Source: Verrucomicrobiota bacterium (GTDB taxonomy: Bacteria > Verrucomicrobiota > Verrucomicrobiia > Methylacidiphilales > JBCBYL01). From it: a stretch of DNA of 64,000 nt. A model generated the notes under the pieces. It searched no databases. It worked only from the letters and a program-made list of their open reading frames with translations, and was not told the origin of the DNA. Shown piece after piece: positions 18,241-27,917 of the stretch. The stretch covers positions 7,089 to 71,088 of the forward strand of contig JBCDJI010000002.1 of the NCBI GenBank assembly GCA_038748025.1. Direction: 5' to 3'. Positions within the stretch are counted from its first letter, which is position 1; every line of letters begins with the position of its first letter. A program made the position numbers and the translations under genes.

Positions 18241-21023
18241 ATGTAGCCCGTAATGACCTTGTTCAGACGTTTGAGCAGTGCAACCTGCTCTTCACGATCG
18301 GTAATTTTACCGCCTGCTTTGTTTTTCAGATAGAACGCATCCATCGCCGCTCCTTTTTCTGTGGATATCCGTGCATTGACAATCCGGTAACCGCAACGGG
18401 AGATGCACTCCGAAATAATATAGAGTAAGCCCATCCGGTCGGTCGCCCGCACGTGCAGCACGGTATGTTTTTCCGAACTCTCATTATCAATCCCTAACGC
18501 AGGATCAATAATATCTTCATCCATTCCCTTGGCTTTTCTTTCGATGCCATGCCGGATGACCTCATCTAGAAAATTGAACTTCGGATCACTCAATCCCCGG
18601 TTCAGCAGTTCCGTAAATTTGGACTTATCCCGTTCATGAGCTGCTGCCGTCAGCCGGTCGGTGCAAACACGGAAGGTGTCGATCACGATCTTGTCTTTGC
18701 GTGTCCAGATATCCGCAGATACAATGATCAGACCGGTCAGCGTAAACGCTCCACAAATCTTCGAGAAGAGCTCAGGACGATCCCAGGTGGCCATCGATAC
18801 CTCGGAGCAGTCTACCGTCGGGCGATTTTCCCAGTGAATCTCCGGCAGCTGCAGTTCCTCTTCACTCAGCTTTCCGCTGTCTTGACGCTCGATAAACCGG
18901 TGCGCAACACTTAACTGCTGTACCATCAGATCTTCATAGTAGTAGTTCAGATAGGTCTCTGGCAGCGCATTCAAATGTGCCTGGGCTTCGCTCTCTGTCA
19001 TGATCGGCTTGAGTCGCTGCAGCACCTTTTTACGAACAGCCTGCTGCTCCTTTTTGCGCTCGCGTTTAAATTCATCCTCGCCACTCAGCATCGAATCAGT
19101 CAGGCGAAACAGATTCCAGACCAAGCCCTCTTTCCAGTTGGACCAGCTTTGATCTCCCGTCCCCTGCGTATCTGCAAAGCTCATCAGCATCAGCATTCTG
19201 AGCCGCTCCTGGTCCTGCACGATTCGCGCAAAATCCCGGATCGTCTGGGGGTCTTCCAGGTTTCTGCGGCAGGCAAACTCATTGAGTGTGCCATGGTGAT
19301 CCACCAGAAAGGTCAGGTCATTGAGCCGCTTCCCCTTGATTCCCATCCGGCGGGCAAACCTCACTGCCCGCTGCACGCTGCAGGCGGCGTGGTTCTGTGT
19401 GTTATCTGCTTTGCCCACATCATGTAGAATCAAAGCCAGATATAACAACTCCGGCTCCTGGCATTCCTCGAACAGCCGGCGATAGGATGTATAGGGCGCG
19501 TGGTCTTTATCCAATACCATGTCCAACTGTTCCAGGCATACGATAGTGTGCTCATCAGCCGTATAGCGATGGTAAAACTCGTGCTGCACCAAACACGTCA
19601 GCGGTTCAAACTCCGGGATCAGGCGACCCAGTATCCCGTTGCGATGCATGGATCGAACTACCCGCCCAACCTTTCCTTTCTGGCTCAGGATATGGAACAG
19701 GAGCTCCCTGAATTCAGGATTCGAGCGCAACACCTTGCGGGTCAGCATGCGTGAACGTTTCCGAATACGGCTTTCCGTATCCGGATGCAATTTCAGATCA
19801 TAATGCTGCATGACCCAGTATGCACGGACCAGACGAATCAACTCCTTGGAAAAAAACCGGCCGCCGGGAGCCGTGATGTAACCTTGCTTGATAATAAATT
19901 GATGCACCTCGGTCACTTTGCGCATCGACTTAGGCACCAGCGCCTGCATAAAGCCGGATTTGACGCTACCATCACCCGCCATCCGGCGCGCCAGCAGATT
20001 TCCGGTGTGGAACACTTCCTGACTGTGACTGTAATAGTCCTTCATCAAGGCCTCGGTGCGATGCAATATCGATTTTTGTTTGTAACCCAGACCGGTCGCC
20101 ACCTCCCCCTGCGCCCTGAGTGTCAGCACCTCAGCCGCCCGGTCTGCGTCATAGTGGAGCTGATTGCGAACACGGGTGATGAACTCATGCGCCTGGATCA
20201 AGCGCTTCCGCTCCGGCGCCTTGATCCAGCCGGCTTTTTGAATTTCAGTCATACTGTGCAAGTCTTCACTAACCTCTGCAACCCACAGCATGTTCTGATA
20301 ATCCCGCAAACCACCGCAACCGTTCTTGACATGCGGTTCCTGCACGAAGACCGTGCCGGAATGTTTGGCATGACGATCCTGCTGATCCTTCAGCCGCCAC
20401 TGTAGGTACTTATCCCGGTGCGGTTTGACACACATCTTTTGAAACTTCTGTTCAAACTCATCCAGCAGCGGCCGGTTACCCGACATCAGTCGGATATCCA
20501 GCAATGCGGTAAACGTCTGGTAATCCTCCCTGCCTTGTGCCAGTGCCTCATTCAGGGAGCGCGATGCATGTCCCACTTTTAACCCGATATCCCACAGCAG
20601 GTAGAGCACTTTTTCCACCACGTCATGCGCAAAGAGCGATTTCGGCGTGCGCGGCTTGGCATTGGCAAACAGAAAAAACAGATCGATATCGCTATAGGGA
20701 CAAAGCCCGCCCCGCCCGAAGCCGCCGACTGCTGTCATCGCGATCGGCATCTGCTCCCGTGTCACTTCGTGCGAGCTCTCTGCCTGATTTAACGCAGTAT
20801 CGAAGATGTGATTGAGCACTACCGTATACAAATCAGACCGCTGCTTGGCCACATTCAGCCCATCCCCACCTGCACGATGCGCCAGTAGAATCCGGTGCTC
20901 CTCGATTTTTAAGAAATTACGATAGAGATCCAACTGGTCTTGCGGACGAACATTCGCCTTTTGATGCAGTTTTTTCTCCGCGTGCTTAAGCACTTTTTTC
21001 AGGTGGACCGACATATGCGGCAT
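18237..21023 (-). CDS. glnD: [Protein-PII] uridylyltransferase/uridylyl-removing enzyme
   Basis: GGFGRGGLCPYSDIDL nucleotidyltransferase motif, EPHVKNGCGGLRD, HRYTADEH, LHDVGK HD domain, two C-terminal ACT domains. Confidence 0.93.
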   Translation of the reverse strand: MPHMSVHLKKVLKHAEKKLHQKANVRPQDQLDLYRNFLKIEEHRILLAHRAGGDGLNVAKQRSDLYTVVLNHIFDTALNQAESSHEVTREQMPIAMTAVGGFGRGGLCPYSDIDLFFLFANAKPRTPKSLFAHDVVEKVLYLLWDIGLKVGHASRSLNEALAQGREDYQTFTALLDIRLMSGNRPLLDEFEQKFQKMCVKPHRDKYLQWRLKDQQDRHAKHSGTVFVQEPHVKNGCGGLRDYQNMLWVAEVSEDLHSMTEIQKAGWIKAPERKRLIQAHEFITRVRNQLHYDADRAAEVLTLRAQGEVATGLGYKQKSILHRTEALMKDYYSHSQEVFHTGNLLARRMAGDGSVKSGFMQALVPKSMRKVTEVHQFIIKQGYITAPGGRFFSKELIRLVRAYWVMQHYDLKLHPDTESRIRKRSRMLTRKVLRSNPEFRELLFHILSQKGKVGRVVRSMHRNGILGRLIPEFEPLTCLVQHEFYHRYTADEHTIVCLEQLDMVLDKDHAPYTSYRRLFEECQEPELLYLALILHDVGKADNTQNHAACSVQRAVRFARRMGIKGKRLNDLTFLVDHHGTLNEFACRRNLEDPQTIRDFARIVQDQERLRMLMLMSFADTQGTGDQSWSNWKEGLVWNLFRLTDSMLSGEDEFKRERKKEQQAVRKKVLQRLKPIMTESEAQAHLNALPETYLNYYYEDLMVQQLSVAHRFIERQDSGKLSEEELQLPEIHWENRPTVDCSEVSMATWDRPELFSKICGAFTLTGLIIVSADIWTRKDKIVIDTFRVCTDRLTAAAHERDKSKFTELLNRGLSDPKFNFLDEVIRHGIERKAKGMDEDIIDPALGIDNESSEKHTVLHVRATDRMGLLYIISECISRCGYRIVNARISTEKGAAMDAFYLKNKAGGKITDREEQVALLKRLNKVITGYI

Positions 21024-21143
21024 ACCCTATCGCCTCTTGATGACAGATACAAGCTGCCAACCGCGCCTGTCACCAGTTCTTTCACCGGTTCTTACTTCAA
21101 TCACGCTTGTATCAGGGTCTCCCCGCCACTTATAATAATAAAT

Positions 21144-21548
21144 GTGACAGAATGTATCATCGGACATGGAATCGACTTGGTCGAAAGTAGTCGCATCCGC
21201 ACCTCTATGGACGAGCATGGTGACCGCTTTCTGCACCGCATCTTCCTGCCTGGTGAACTGGATTATTGCCTCAAACAAAAATTTCCTGAACGACCGCTGG
21301 CTGCCCGCTTTGCAGCTAAGGAAGCTGTCAGTAAAGCCTTCGGGACCGGAATCGGGCAGCACATGACCTGGAAAGACATTGAAATTGTGCGGATGAATTC
21401 CGGTGCACCGGAGTGTTGTCTGCATGGCAGCAGCCGTGACCGCTTTGAAAAATTGCGCGGAACGAAAATTTTAATCAGCCTCACGCATACCGACACGATC
21501 GCCTCAGCTTCCGTTATTCTCATTGCAGCAGCTGCTCCAATCTCATGA
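21144..21548 (+). CDS. acpS: Holo-ACP synthase
   Basis: IIGHGIDLVE, ARFAAKEAVSKAFGTGIG, ISLTHT; start set at GTG 21144. Confidence 0.92.
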   Translation: MTECIIGHGIDLVESSRIRTSMDEHGDRFLHRIFLPGELDYCLKQKFPERPLAARFAAKEAVSKAFGTGIGQHMTWKDIEIVRMNSGAPECCLHGSSRDRFEKLRGTKILISLTHTDTIASASVILIAAAAPIS

Positions 21549-23035
21549 AAATCCTCTCCCCCCAGAGTATCCAGCAATGGGAAACCGAAACGATTCAATC
21601 CGGAGTCACAACTGAAGTGCTGATGCAACAAGCCGTCGCAGGCCTGCATGAGATAATCACAGAACGCTTTCCTGCCGGGCAGGCTCTCGTCACCTGCGGG
21701 AAAGGCAACAATGGTAACGATGCTCTTTGGCTGGCGGATCGTCTGAAGGAATCCGGTTGGCAGATCACGGTCTGGAGCACCCATCCGCTCAAGGCGCGAG
21801 CCGATGCCAGCTCACTGCCGGAACCCGTCTTGCGCTCACTGCAGAATGCACTTGTTTTCCCGGACACTCCGGACCACTTTTTTAATCGATCAGAGCCGCT
21901 GCTTATCATTGACGGAATTCTAGGATTAGGTGCCAGCGGGGCTCCGCGCGGCACATTGGCTCAGGTGATCCGCTGGCTGATGCAACACAGACGCCCGCAG
22001 GATGTTACCTTGAGCATCGACACACCCAGTGGACTGGACGACGCTACCGGAGACAGCCATGACCCCTGCTTTAAAGCAGATATGACACTGATGATCGGGG
22101 CCGTTAAAGCGGGTTGCTGTCTGGAAAAAGCTGCCTCTGTCGTTGGACGAATCTCAGCCGTCCCGATTGACCTGAATCCCCCCGGGCCGGCTGCGGATGC
22201 CGGATTTTTCATACGGCAAGATGCCCGGGAACTCATCCGGCACCGCCAGCCGGATACGCATAAACACCGCGAGGGTGCGGTCCACATCTGGGCCGGCTCC
22301 CGCAGTATGACGGGTGCTGCCATTCTGGCCAGCCGTGCTGCACTACGATCTGGCGCCGGACTGGTCCGTTTGTTTACTGCTGAAGACATCCTGCCATATC
22401 TGCTGAGCGTTTCGCCTGAAATCATGGTGGAGAGCATCACCCTGTCGAAAAAATTAAATCCAAGACTGCTGGAAGGCAGTGCGTTGCTGGCCGGTCCGGG
22501 TATCGGTCTGGACCCAGCGACACATGTCTTGCTGGAACAAGTCCTGGAACAGGCACGTTGTCCGCTGATTATCGATGCGGACGGTATCACCCATTGTGCT
22601 TCGGAACCGTCGCTGCTGGCACGGTTACCTCCCGGTACTATCATGACGCCTCACCTCGGTGAGTTCTCACGTCTCTTGCCCCGGTCCTATCGGGCACGTG
22701 ACCGGGATGCTCGTTTGTTTACTACCTTGAACCCGGATCTGACGCTGGTGCTGAAAGGTCCGAACACACTGGTTGCCGCGCAGCCTTCCGGACTTTCCTA
22801 TAACGGTAGTGGAAATCCCGGCATGGCAACTGCCGGTTCCGGCGACGTGCTGGCCGGATTGATCACCGGACTCCGTGCTCGCGGATTCAACGCCTGGAAC
22901 GCCGCGCGGCTGGGAGTATTCTGGCACGGTCTGGCCGGAGACTTTGCCGCACAGAACGGCAGTGAGGATACACTGACCGCATCGGATCAGATCGAATCTC
23001 TCGCTGCCGCTCGTGCCTCTATTTCCCGACCTTGA
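21545..23035 (+). CDS. nnr: Bifunctional NAD(P)H-hydrate epimerase/dehydratase (YjeF)
   Basis: CGKGNNGND, IDGILGLG, IDTPSG, MTPHLGEF, MATAGSGDVLAG. Confidence 0.9.
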   Translation: MKILSPQSIQQWETETIQSGVTTEVLMQQAVAGLHEIITERFPAGQALVTCGKGNNGNDALWLADRLKESGWQITVWSTHPLKARADASSLPEPVLRSLQNALVFPDTPDHFFNRSEPLLIIDGILGLGASGAPRGTLAQVIRWLMQHRRPQDVTLSIDTPSGLDDATGDSHDPCFKADMTLMIGAVKAGCCLEKAASVVGRISAVPIDLNPPGPAADAGFFIRQDARELIRHRQPDTHKHREGAVHIWAGSRSMTGAAILASRAALRSGAGLVRLFTAEDILPYLLSVSPEIMVESITLSKKLNPRLLEGSALLAGPGIGLDPATHVLLEQVLEQARCPLIIDADGITHCASEPSLLARLPPGTIMTPHLGEFSRLLPRSYRARDRDARLFTTLNPDLTLVLKGPNTLVAAQPSGLSYNGSGNPGMATAGSGDVLAGLITGLRARGFNAWNAARLGVFWHGLAGDFAAQNGSEDTLTASDQIESLAAARASISRP

Positions 23036-23071
23036 CGGGCCTGACCCCTTTCCCGATAATCATAAGTCTGA

Positions 23072-24466
23072 ATGATTTTAGTCCGCTCACAGGTTAACAG
23101 GTTACTACTGCAAGTCACTGACGGCAGTGTCGCAGTGCTTGCGTTCATTAGTGCTCACCTGATTCGAACCCGTCTGCTGGACCCGATCGTACCGTTGGAA
23201 TTGCCTAGCATTGGATCGCTATATGATTATTCCATCTTCTTTCCTTTCATAGCATTAGTCACTCCGTTTGTGCTCTATCGGCTTAATTTCTATAATCTCA
23301 CACTGACCCAAAAAATCGGCAACCTGTTTAACATCACCCTGCAGGCGGGTTTGATTATTTTCCTCTTGCTGGTCGTGCTGCAGTTCCTGACCAAGATTCA
23401 GATGAGTCGCATTATCTTTATCATCTATGTGCCGACCCTGGCCGTCTTCATCACGGCCCGTCAACTGATCAGCCAGCGCATACGGGCTATCCACACTCGC
23501 CGCAACCAGTCTCTACGCAACATGATTGTGGTGACCGACCGTAATGACCGTTCCCGCTGGGCCACCCGGATGAAGCTGCGGCCGGAATTCGGATTTCAGG
23601 TCAGCCGCACCATACCGCTCAACGAATTTCAAGTCGAACCACTGATCCAGTTGCTGCACCAAGACTCTGTCGAGCTGGTCATTTTTGACGTGAAAGATGG
23701 CGAACTGGCTCAAATCATGGCTGGTATCCGTGCCTGCGAGGATGAGGGTATCGAGACATGGTTTTCCACCAGTTTCTTCGAAACCCAGATTGCCGAGCCC
23801 ACCATTGATCACTTCAACAACCAGACCTTTCTTATCTTCCGTGCTACCCCGGACAGCTCGTGGGAGCTCTTTTTTAAGGAGGTGATCGACCGGGCGGGAT
23901 CACTGGCCGGTATTATTGTTTTAAGTCCGTTGCTGGCCATGGCGGCGCTGCTGGTCAAGCTCACCTCGCACGGACCGGTTCTGTTTAGACAGCAGCGCAG
24001 CGGTCACTATGGCAAGCCCTTTACCATGTACAAATTCCGCTCCATGTGCACTAATGCCGAGCAGCGCAAGGAGGAACTTGAAAACCTGAATGAAATGAGC
24101 GGACCCGTTTTTAAGGTTACCAAGGATCCCCGTATCACGCCGATCGGTCATTGGATTCGTCGCACCAGTATCGATGAACTGCCTCAACTCTTTAACGTCC
24201 TCAAGGGAGAAATGAGTCTGGTCGGCCCGCGCCCGCTACCGGTGACTGAAACTCTGGCTATTTCTGAAAATGCCCAGCGCCGTCGCCTGAGTGTTAAACC
24301 CGGACTGACCTGCCTCTGGCAGATCGGGGGGCGCAATCACGTCAAAAGTTTTGAGGACTGGGTCAAGCTTGACCTGGAATATATTGATAACTGGTCATTG
24401 GAACTCGACATCAAGATCCTGTTCAGAACCATTCCTGCGGTTCTCTTCACCAAAGGTGCCAGGTAG
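23072..24466 (+). CDS. Polyprenyl-phosphate sugar phosphotransferase (WcaJ/WbaP-like)
   Basis: N-terminal TMs, FTMYKFRSM, DPRITPIG, RRTSIDELPQLFNVLKGEMSLVGPRP, LDLEYIDNWS. Confidence 0.92.
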   Translation: MILVRSQVNRLLLQVTDGSVAVLAFISAHLIRTRLLDPIVPLELPSIGSLYDYSIFFPFIALVTPFVLYRLNFYNLTLTQKIGNLFNITLQAGLIIFLLLVVLQFLTKIQMSRIIFIIYVPTLAVFITARQLISQRIRAIHTRRNQSLRNMIVVTDRNDRSRWATRMKLRPEFGFQVSRTIPLNEFQVEPLIQLLHQDSVELVIFDVKDGELAQIMAGIRACEDEGIETWFSTSFFETQIAEPTIDHFNNQTFLIFRATPDSSWELFFKEVIDRAGSLAGIIVLSPLLAMAALLVKLTSHGPVLFRQQRSGHYGKPFTMYKFRSMCTNAEQRKEELENLNEMSGPVFKVTKDPRITPIGHWIRRTSIDELPQLFNVLKGEMSLVGPRPLPVTETLAISENAQRRRLSVKPGLTCLWQIGGRNHVKSFEDWVKLDLEYIDNWSLELDIKILFRTIPAVLFTKGAR

Positions 24467-24478
24467 GGAGCCTAAGCC

Positions 24479-25681
24479 GTGGAATCCCGTATCCCCCATC
24501 CTGACGCACCGCTCACTCCTGATCCTCACGGATATCCGGGCCATTCTCCGTTCCGTGATGCCGCTTCCGAACCCATACCTGTATCTGCTGCTGCAGAGCA
24601 TCCGGCCCGATCCCGACAGGTTTCGGGAGACCCGGTAAGCCAGACTCCCCTAATTCACGATCTACTCCCTCAGGACTGGAACCTGCCCGGCCAGAAGACC
24701 TTCCGGCGCAAGCAGATTGCCGAGTGGATTTTTAAACAAAAAGTCGATTCCTTTGATAAGATGCTCAATCTGCCGGAGTCCCTCCGGACAGAACTCAGCA
24801 CCCGGTATTCCCTGAACCCCCTGACCCTGATCCGCCAGCAGGGCTCACGCGATACCACCCGCAAATTCCTGTTCCGGACGCGTGACCAGGATTTTATCGA
24901 ATGCGTGCTCATTCCGGCTTCCCCATCACTCTATGGCGACCGTTCCGATCGCTTTACCCTCTGCATCTCCTCGCAAGTCGGTTGTGCCTTTGCCTGTAAA
25001 TTCTGTGCCAGCGGGCTTGACGGCTGGAAACGCAACCTCACACCGGGCGAAATCATCTCGCAGATCATAGCCGTCGAAAAGTGTTCCGGCGATGCTGTCC
25101 GTAATCTGGTCTTTATGGGAATGGGGGAACCTTTCGCCAATTACAAAAACCTCACGACCGCCCTCACCAGTATCAATGCCCCCTGGGGACTTAACATCGG
25201 AGCCCGCCATATTACCGTATCCACCAGCGGCCTGGTTCCCGTCATCCGGCAATATGCCGACCAGCCCAGCCAGTTCCGGCTCGCCATTTCATTGCACGGT
25301 GCTTCAGATGAGGTCCGCAGCCGGATCATGCCAGTCAATAAAAGATACCCGCTGCATGAGCTATTGGAAGCCTGCCGTTATTTCAACTCCAGGAAGAAAC
25401 AGAAGATTACCTTCGAATACATTCTGATCCGAGGCATCAATGACACCCCTGAACAGGCCCGCCTGCTGGTCAAACACGCCTCCACCCTGAATGCCAAGAT
25501 CAACCTGATCCCCTACAACACCGTGGATGGTCTGGACTGGCAGCGACCCGACGACGATACCATCCGGAGTTTTCAGCAGATCCTGGAATCCGGCGGCATC
25601 TTTTCCACTGTCCGCCTGGAAAAAGGTCATGACATCGACGCCGCCTGCGGTCAGCTCCGACTCAAAGAAATCAAAGTTTAG
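24479..25681 (+). CDS. rlmN: Radical SAM rRNA/tRNA m2A methyltransferase RlmN (start uncertain)
   Basis: CISSQVGCAFACKFC, VFMGMGEP, LAISLH, DIDAACGQL. Confidence 0.92.
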   Translation: MESRIPHPDAPLTPDPHGYPGHSPFRDAASEPIPVSAAAEHPARSRQVSGDPVSQTPLIHDLLPQDWNLPGQKTFRRKQIAEWIFKQKVDSFDKMLNLPESLRTELSTRYSLNPLTLIRQQGSRDTTRKFLFRTRDQDFIECVLIPASPSLYGDRSDRFTLCISSQVGCAFACKFCASGLDGWKRNLTPGEIISQIIAVEKCSGDAVRNLVFMGMGEPFANYKNLTTALTSINAPWGLNIGARHITVSTSGLVPVIRQYADQPSQFRLAISLHGASDEVRSRIMPVNKRYPLHELLEACRYFNSRKKQKITFEYILIRGINDTPEQARLLVKHASTLNAKINLIPYNTVDGLDWQRPDDDTIRSFQQILESGGIFSTVRLEKGHDIDAACGQLRLKEIKV

Positions 25682-25787
25682 TCCTGCCGTTTTCTGACTC
25701 ATTCAGGCTTATGCCTGATGCCTTCCCGAGTCGGAAGTGCAGTATTTTAACCTCTGCATTTTTAATTTTTACTTCTATAATAAATAC

Positions 25788-26663
25788 ATGCTGATTAAAG
25801 ACATCCTGCAACAGAGCCAGCCCTCCTTTAGCTTTGAGTTCTTCCCACCCAAGACGGAAGCTGGCTGGGACAGCCTGTTCCAGACCATCTCCGATCTCAC
25901 TCCGCTCCAGCCCGACTCGGTCAGCGTGACCTACGGCGCCGGCGGCAGCACCCGTGACCTGACTCACAAACTTGTCACTCGTATCACCCGCGAGACTGAT
26001 GTCACTGTCGTCGCCCACCTGACCTGTATCGGTTCCACCCGGGATGAAATCGAAGCTATCCTCCAGCGTTATGATGACGCCGGAGTGCATAATATTCTGG
26101 CTCTGCGCGGTGATCCGCCCAAGGGTCAGACCGAATGGACGGCAACGGCCGGCGGCTTTACCTTTGCTGCCGATCTCGTTGCCTTCATCAAGCAAAAGTT
26201 CCCGCATTTCGGTATCGGAGTCGCCGGCTTTCCAGAAGGTCACTGCGCCACTCCCAACCGTCTGCAGGAAATAGAACATCTTAAGGCTAAGATGGACGCT
26301 GGAGCCGACTACATCTGCACCCAGCTGTTTTTTGATAACCACGATTTCTACGACTTTCGTGACCGCTGCCGCCTGGCCGGTATGGAACAGCCGATCATTG
26401 CCGGACTGATGCCGGTTACCAGCCGGCAGGGCATGATGCGGATGGCAGACCTGGCAGCCGGTGCCCATATCCCAGCCCCGCTGCTCAAGTCGGTCTTGAA
26501 TTGTGTAAACGACCACGCTGTAGAAAAAACCGGCACCCACTGGCTGACCGAACAGGTGCGCGATCTGATCAACCACGAGGTCGATGGCATCCACTTCTAC
26601 ACCCTCAACAAATCCGAGACCACCCGCAAAGTCTTCGAAACCCTGACACTTACCGAAGTCTGA
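25788..26663 (+). CDS. metF: Methylenetetrahydrofolate reductase
   Basis: SFEFFPPK, SVTYGAGGSTR, AHLTC, LALRGDPP, TQLFFD, HFYTLN. Confidence 0.95.
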   Translation: MLIKDILQQSQPSFSFEFFPPKTEAGWDSLFQTISDLTPLQPDSVSVTYGAGGSTRDLTHKLVTRITRETDVTVVAHLTCIGSTRDEIEAILQRYDDAGVHNILALRGDPPKGQTEWTATAGGFTFAADLVAFIKQKFPHFGIGVAGFPEGHCATPNRLQEIEHLKAKMDAGADYICTQLFFDNHDFYDFRDRCRLAGMEQPIIAGLMPVTSRQGMMRMADLAAGAHIPAPLLKSVLNCVNDHAVEKTGTHWLTEQVRDLINHEVDGIHFYTLNKSETTRKVFETLTLTEV

Positions 26664-26800
26664 CTGGAATTTTTCCTGATTGGACTCGCTGGGCGGCAGC
26701 ATTGCATAGCTGACTTTCCATAGAGTAATGAAACTTCCGCTACAATGCTGTCTCGCTTTTCTGTTCACAGCATCTTGGATTGATGGAGTGGATGAATCTA

Positions 26801-26950
26801 GAGCGTTTCCGAATGAACGATTAACCTTTTAATGCAGTAGCCGAGGTCGTCAAAGACTCGCGATTGATCGGAGCTGACCTCGGATTTTGCAGTAAAGCAG
26901 GCTCAGCGACCCCACGTGCAACTATGTTAAAGCATGATTCGGAAACGCTC
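26801..26950. mobile_element. 150-bp MITE-like element with terminal inverted repeats, flanked by TA
   Basis: GAGCGTTTCCGAAT (26801-26814) and ATTCGGAAACGCTC (26937-26950) form a perfect 14-bp TIR that extends imperfectly to about 25 bp; TA at 26799-26800 and 26951-26952. Confidence 0.7.
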
Positions 26951-26957
26951 TAAGCCT

Positions 26958-27323
26958 ATGCAGCCCGAAGACTTTGTACGTTTCTATGAAAAAGCCCTTG
27001 CTACGCAAGATTGGAAGTATGTCAGCCCCGTCATGCATACAGATTGCGTAGTCACTTTTTCCGATGGCACCATCCACAAGGGCAAAAGCCAGATCAGGGC
27101 CGCCTTTGAGAGAAACTTTGAACAAATTGAAAATGAGTACTACCGTATTTCAGACATACATTGGGTAGTTCGGAGCGAACAGTTTGCTGTATTTACCTTT
27201 AGATACAGTTGGTCAGGAATCGTGGGAGATAAATTGGCCTCCAGTCAGGGAAGAGGCACTTCTTCTATTTTATGCACGGAGCAAAGGTGGCAACTAACAT
27301 CAGAGCACCTGGGAACCAGGTAA
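26958..27323 (+). CDS. NTF2-like/SnoaL (DUF4440) protein
   Basis: YEKALATQDW, HKGKSQIRAAFERNF, GRGTSSI...WQLTSEHL. Confidence 0.8.
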   Translation: MQPEDFVRFYEKALATQDWKYVSPVMHTDCVVTFSDGTIHKGKSQIRAAFERNFEQIENEYYRISDIHWVVRSEQFAVFTFRYSWSGIVGDKLASSQGRGTSSILCTEQRWQLTSEHLGTR

Positions 27324-27584
27324 TGGTGCAGAACGGGGAACGCATGCCCTATAAAATGAAATTGCGATTTATCATATTACTTTTCGTGGGATTGTTTGGT
27401 TTATATTGCATGGGGTATTTCATTTCAGTCAGTCCAGGCATGAACATAAAGTACAGGGTGTCTGACCGATCTCCGCAAAGCTGGCACGGGCTTCCGGTTG
27501 CTCTGCTGACGATACGATATCATTATCATTATACTGAATGATTATGATCGCAAATCGCCTGATCGTTTATTATGCTTATCGTAT

Positions 27585-27881
27585 ATGAAATCTATCGTGA
27601 AGTGGCCTTTCATTTGCGGTTCCATTCTGTTTCTTAGTGGCCCTGTTTTTGGTCTTCTGGGAACGGTCTTAGGAATGATCAGAGTATTTGAAAAGCTGAA
27701 ATCGTCAGCTGTCGTTGGAACTGGAGCCTTATCTTCCGATATTTCTGTTTCGCTGGTTACCACCGTCATAGGTATTGGCATGGGGTTTATCGGTGCAGCC
27801 CTGATGCTTTTTTCTCTGATTGCATTCTTGATAACCCGAAACCCGGATCCGTCGCACAGGATAATGGATGCAACTGCCTGA
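27585..27881 (+). CDS. Small stand-alone MotA/TolQ/ExbB proton-channel domain protein
   Basis: GPVFGLLGTVLGMIRVF and ISVSLVTTVIGI match the ExbB/TolQ TM2-TM3 pattern. Confidence 0.7.
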   Translation: MKSIVKWPFICGSILFLSGPVFGLLGTVLGMIRVFEKLKSSAVVGTGALSSDISVSLVTTVIGIGMGFIGAALMLFSLIAFLITRNPDPSHRIMDATA

Positions 27882-27911
27882 GCCAGTGGTATCGCACTAC
27901 TGAGGTTCAAT
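27851..27911 (+). repeat. Degenerate attC-like imperfect palindrome
   Basis: TAATGGATGCAACTG (27862-27876) / CAGTGGTATCGCACTA (27884-27899) with an extra base, followed by GTTCAAT (27905) just upstream of the next start codon. Confidence 0.35.
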
Positions 27912-27917
27912 ACGAAA

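Noticed and set aside
20940-21143. Long N-terminal extensions on acpS (and likewise aroE 41834-42127 and metF 25737-25787)
   Set aside because: They overlap divergent genes or promoters; family similarity starts at downstream codons that follow -10 boxes
25671-26768. 365-aa minus-strand ORF
   Set aside because: Antisense shadow of metF; no motifs of its own
27272-27541. 89-aa ORF with a hydrophobic stretch
   Set aside because: No recognisable family; probably a gene fragment, so not listed as a confident CDS
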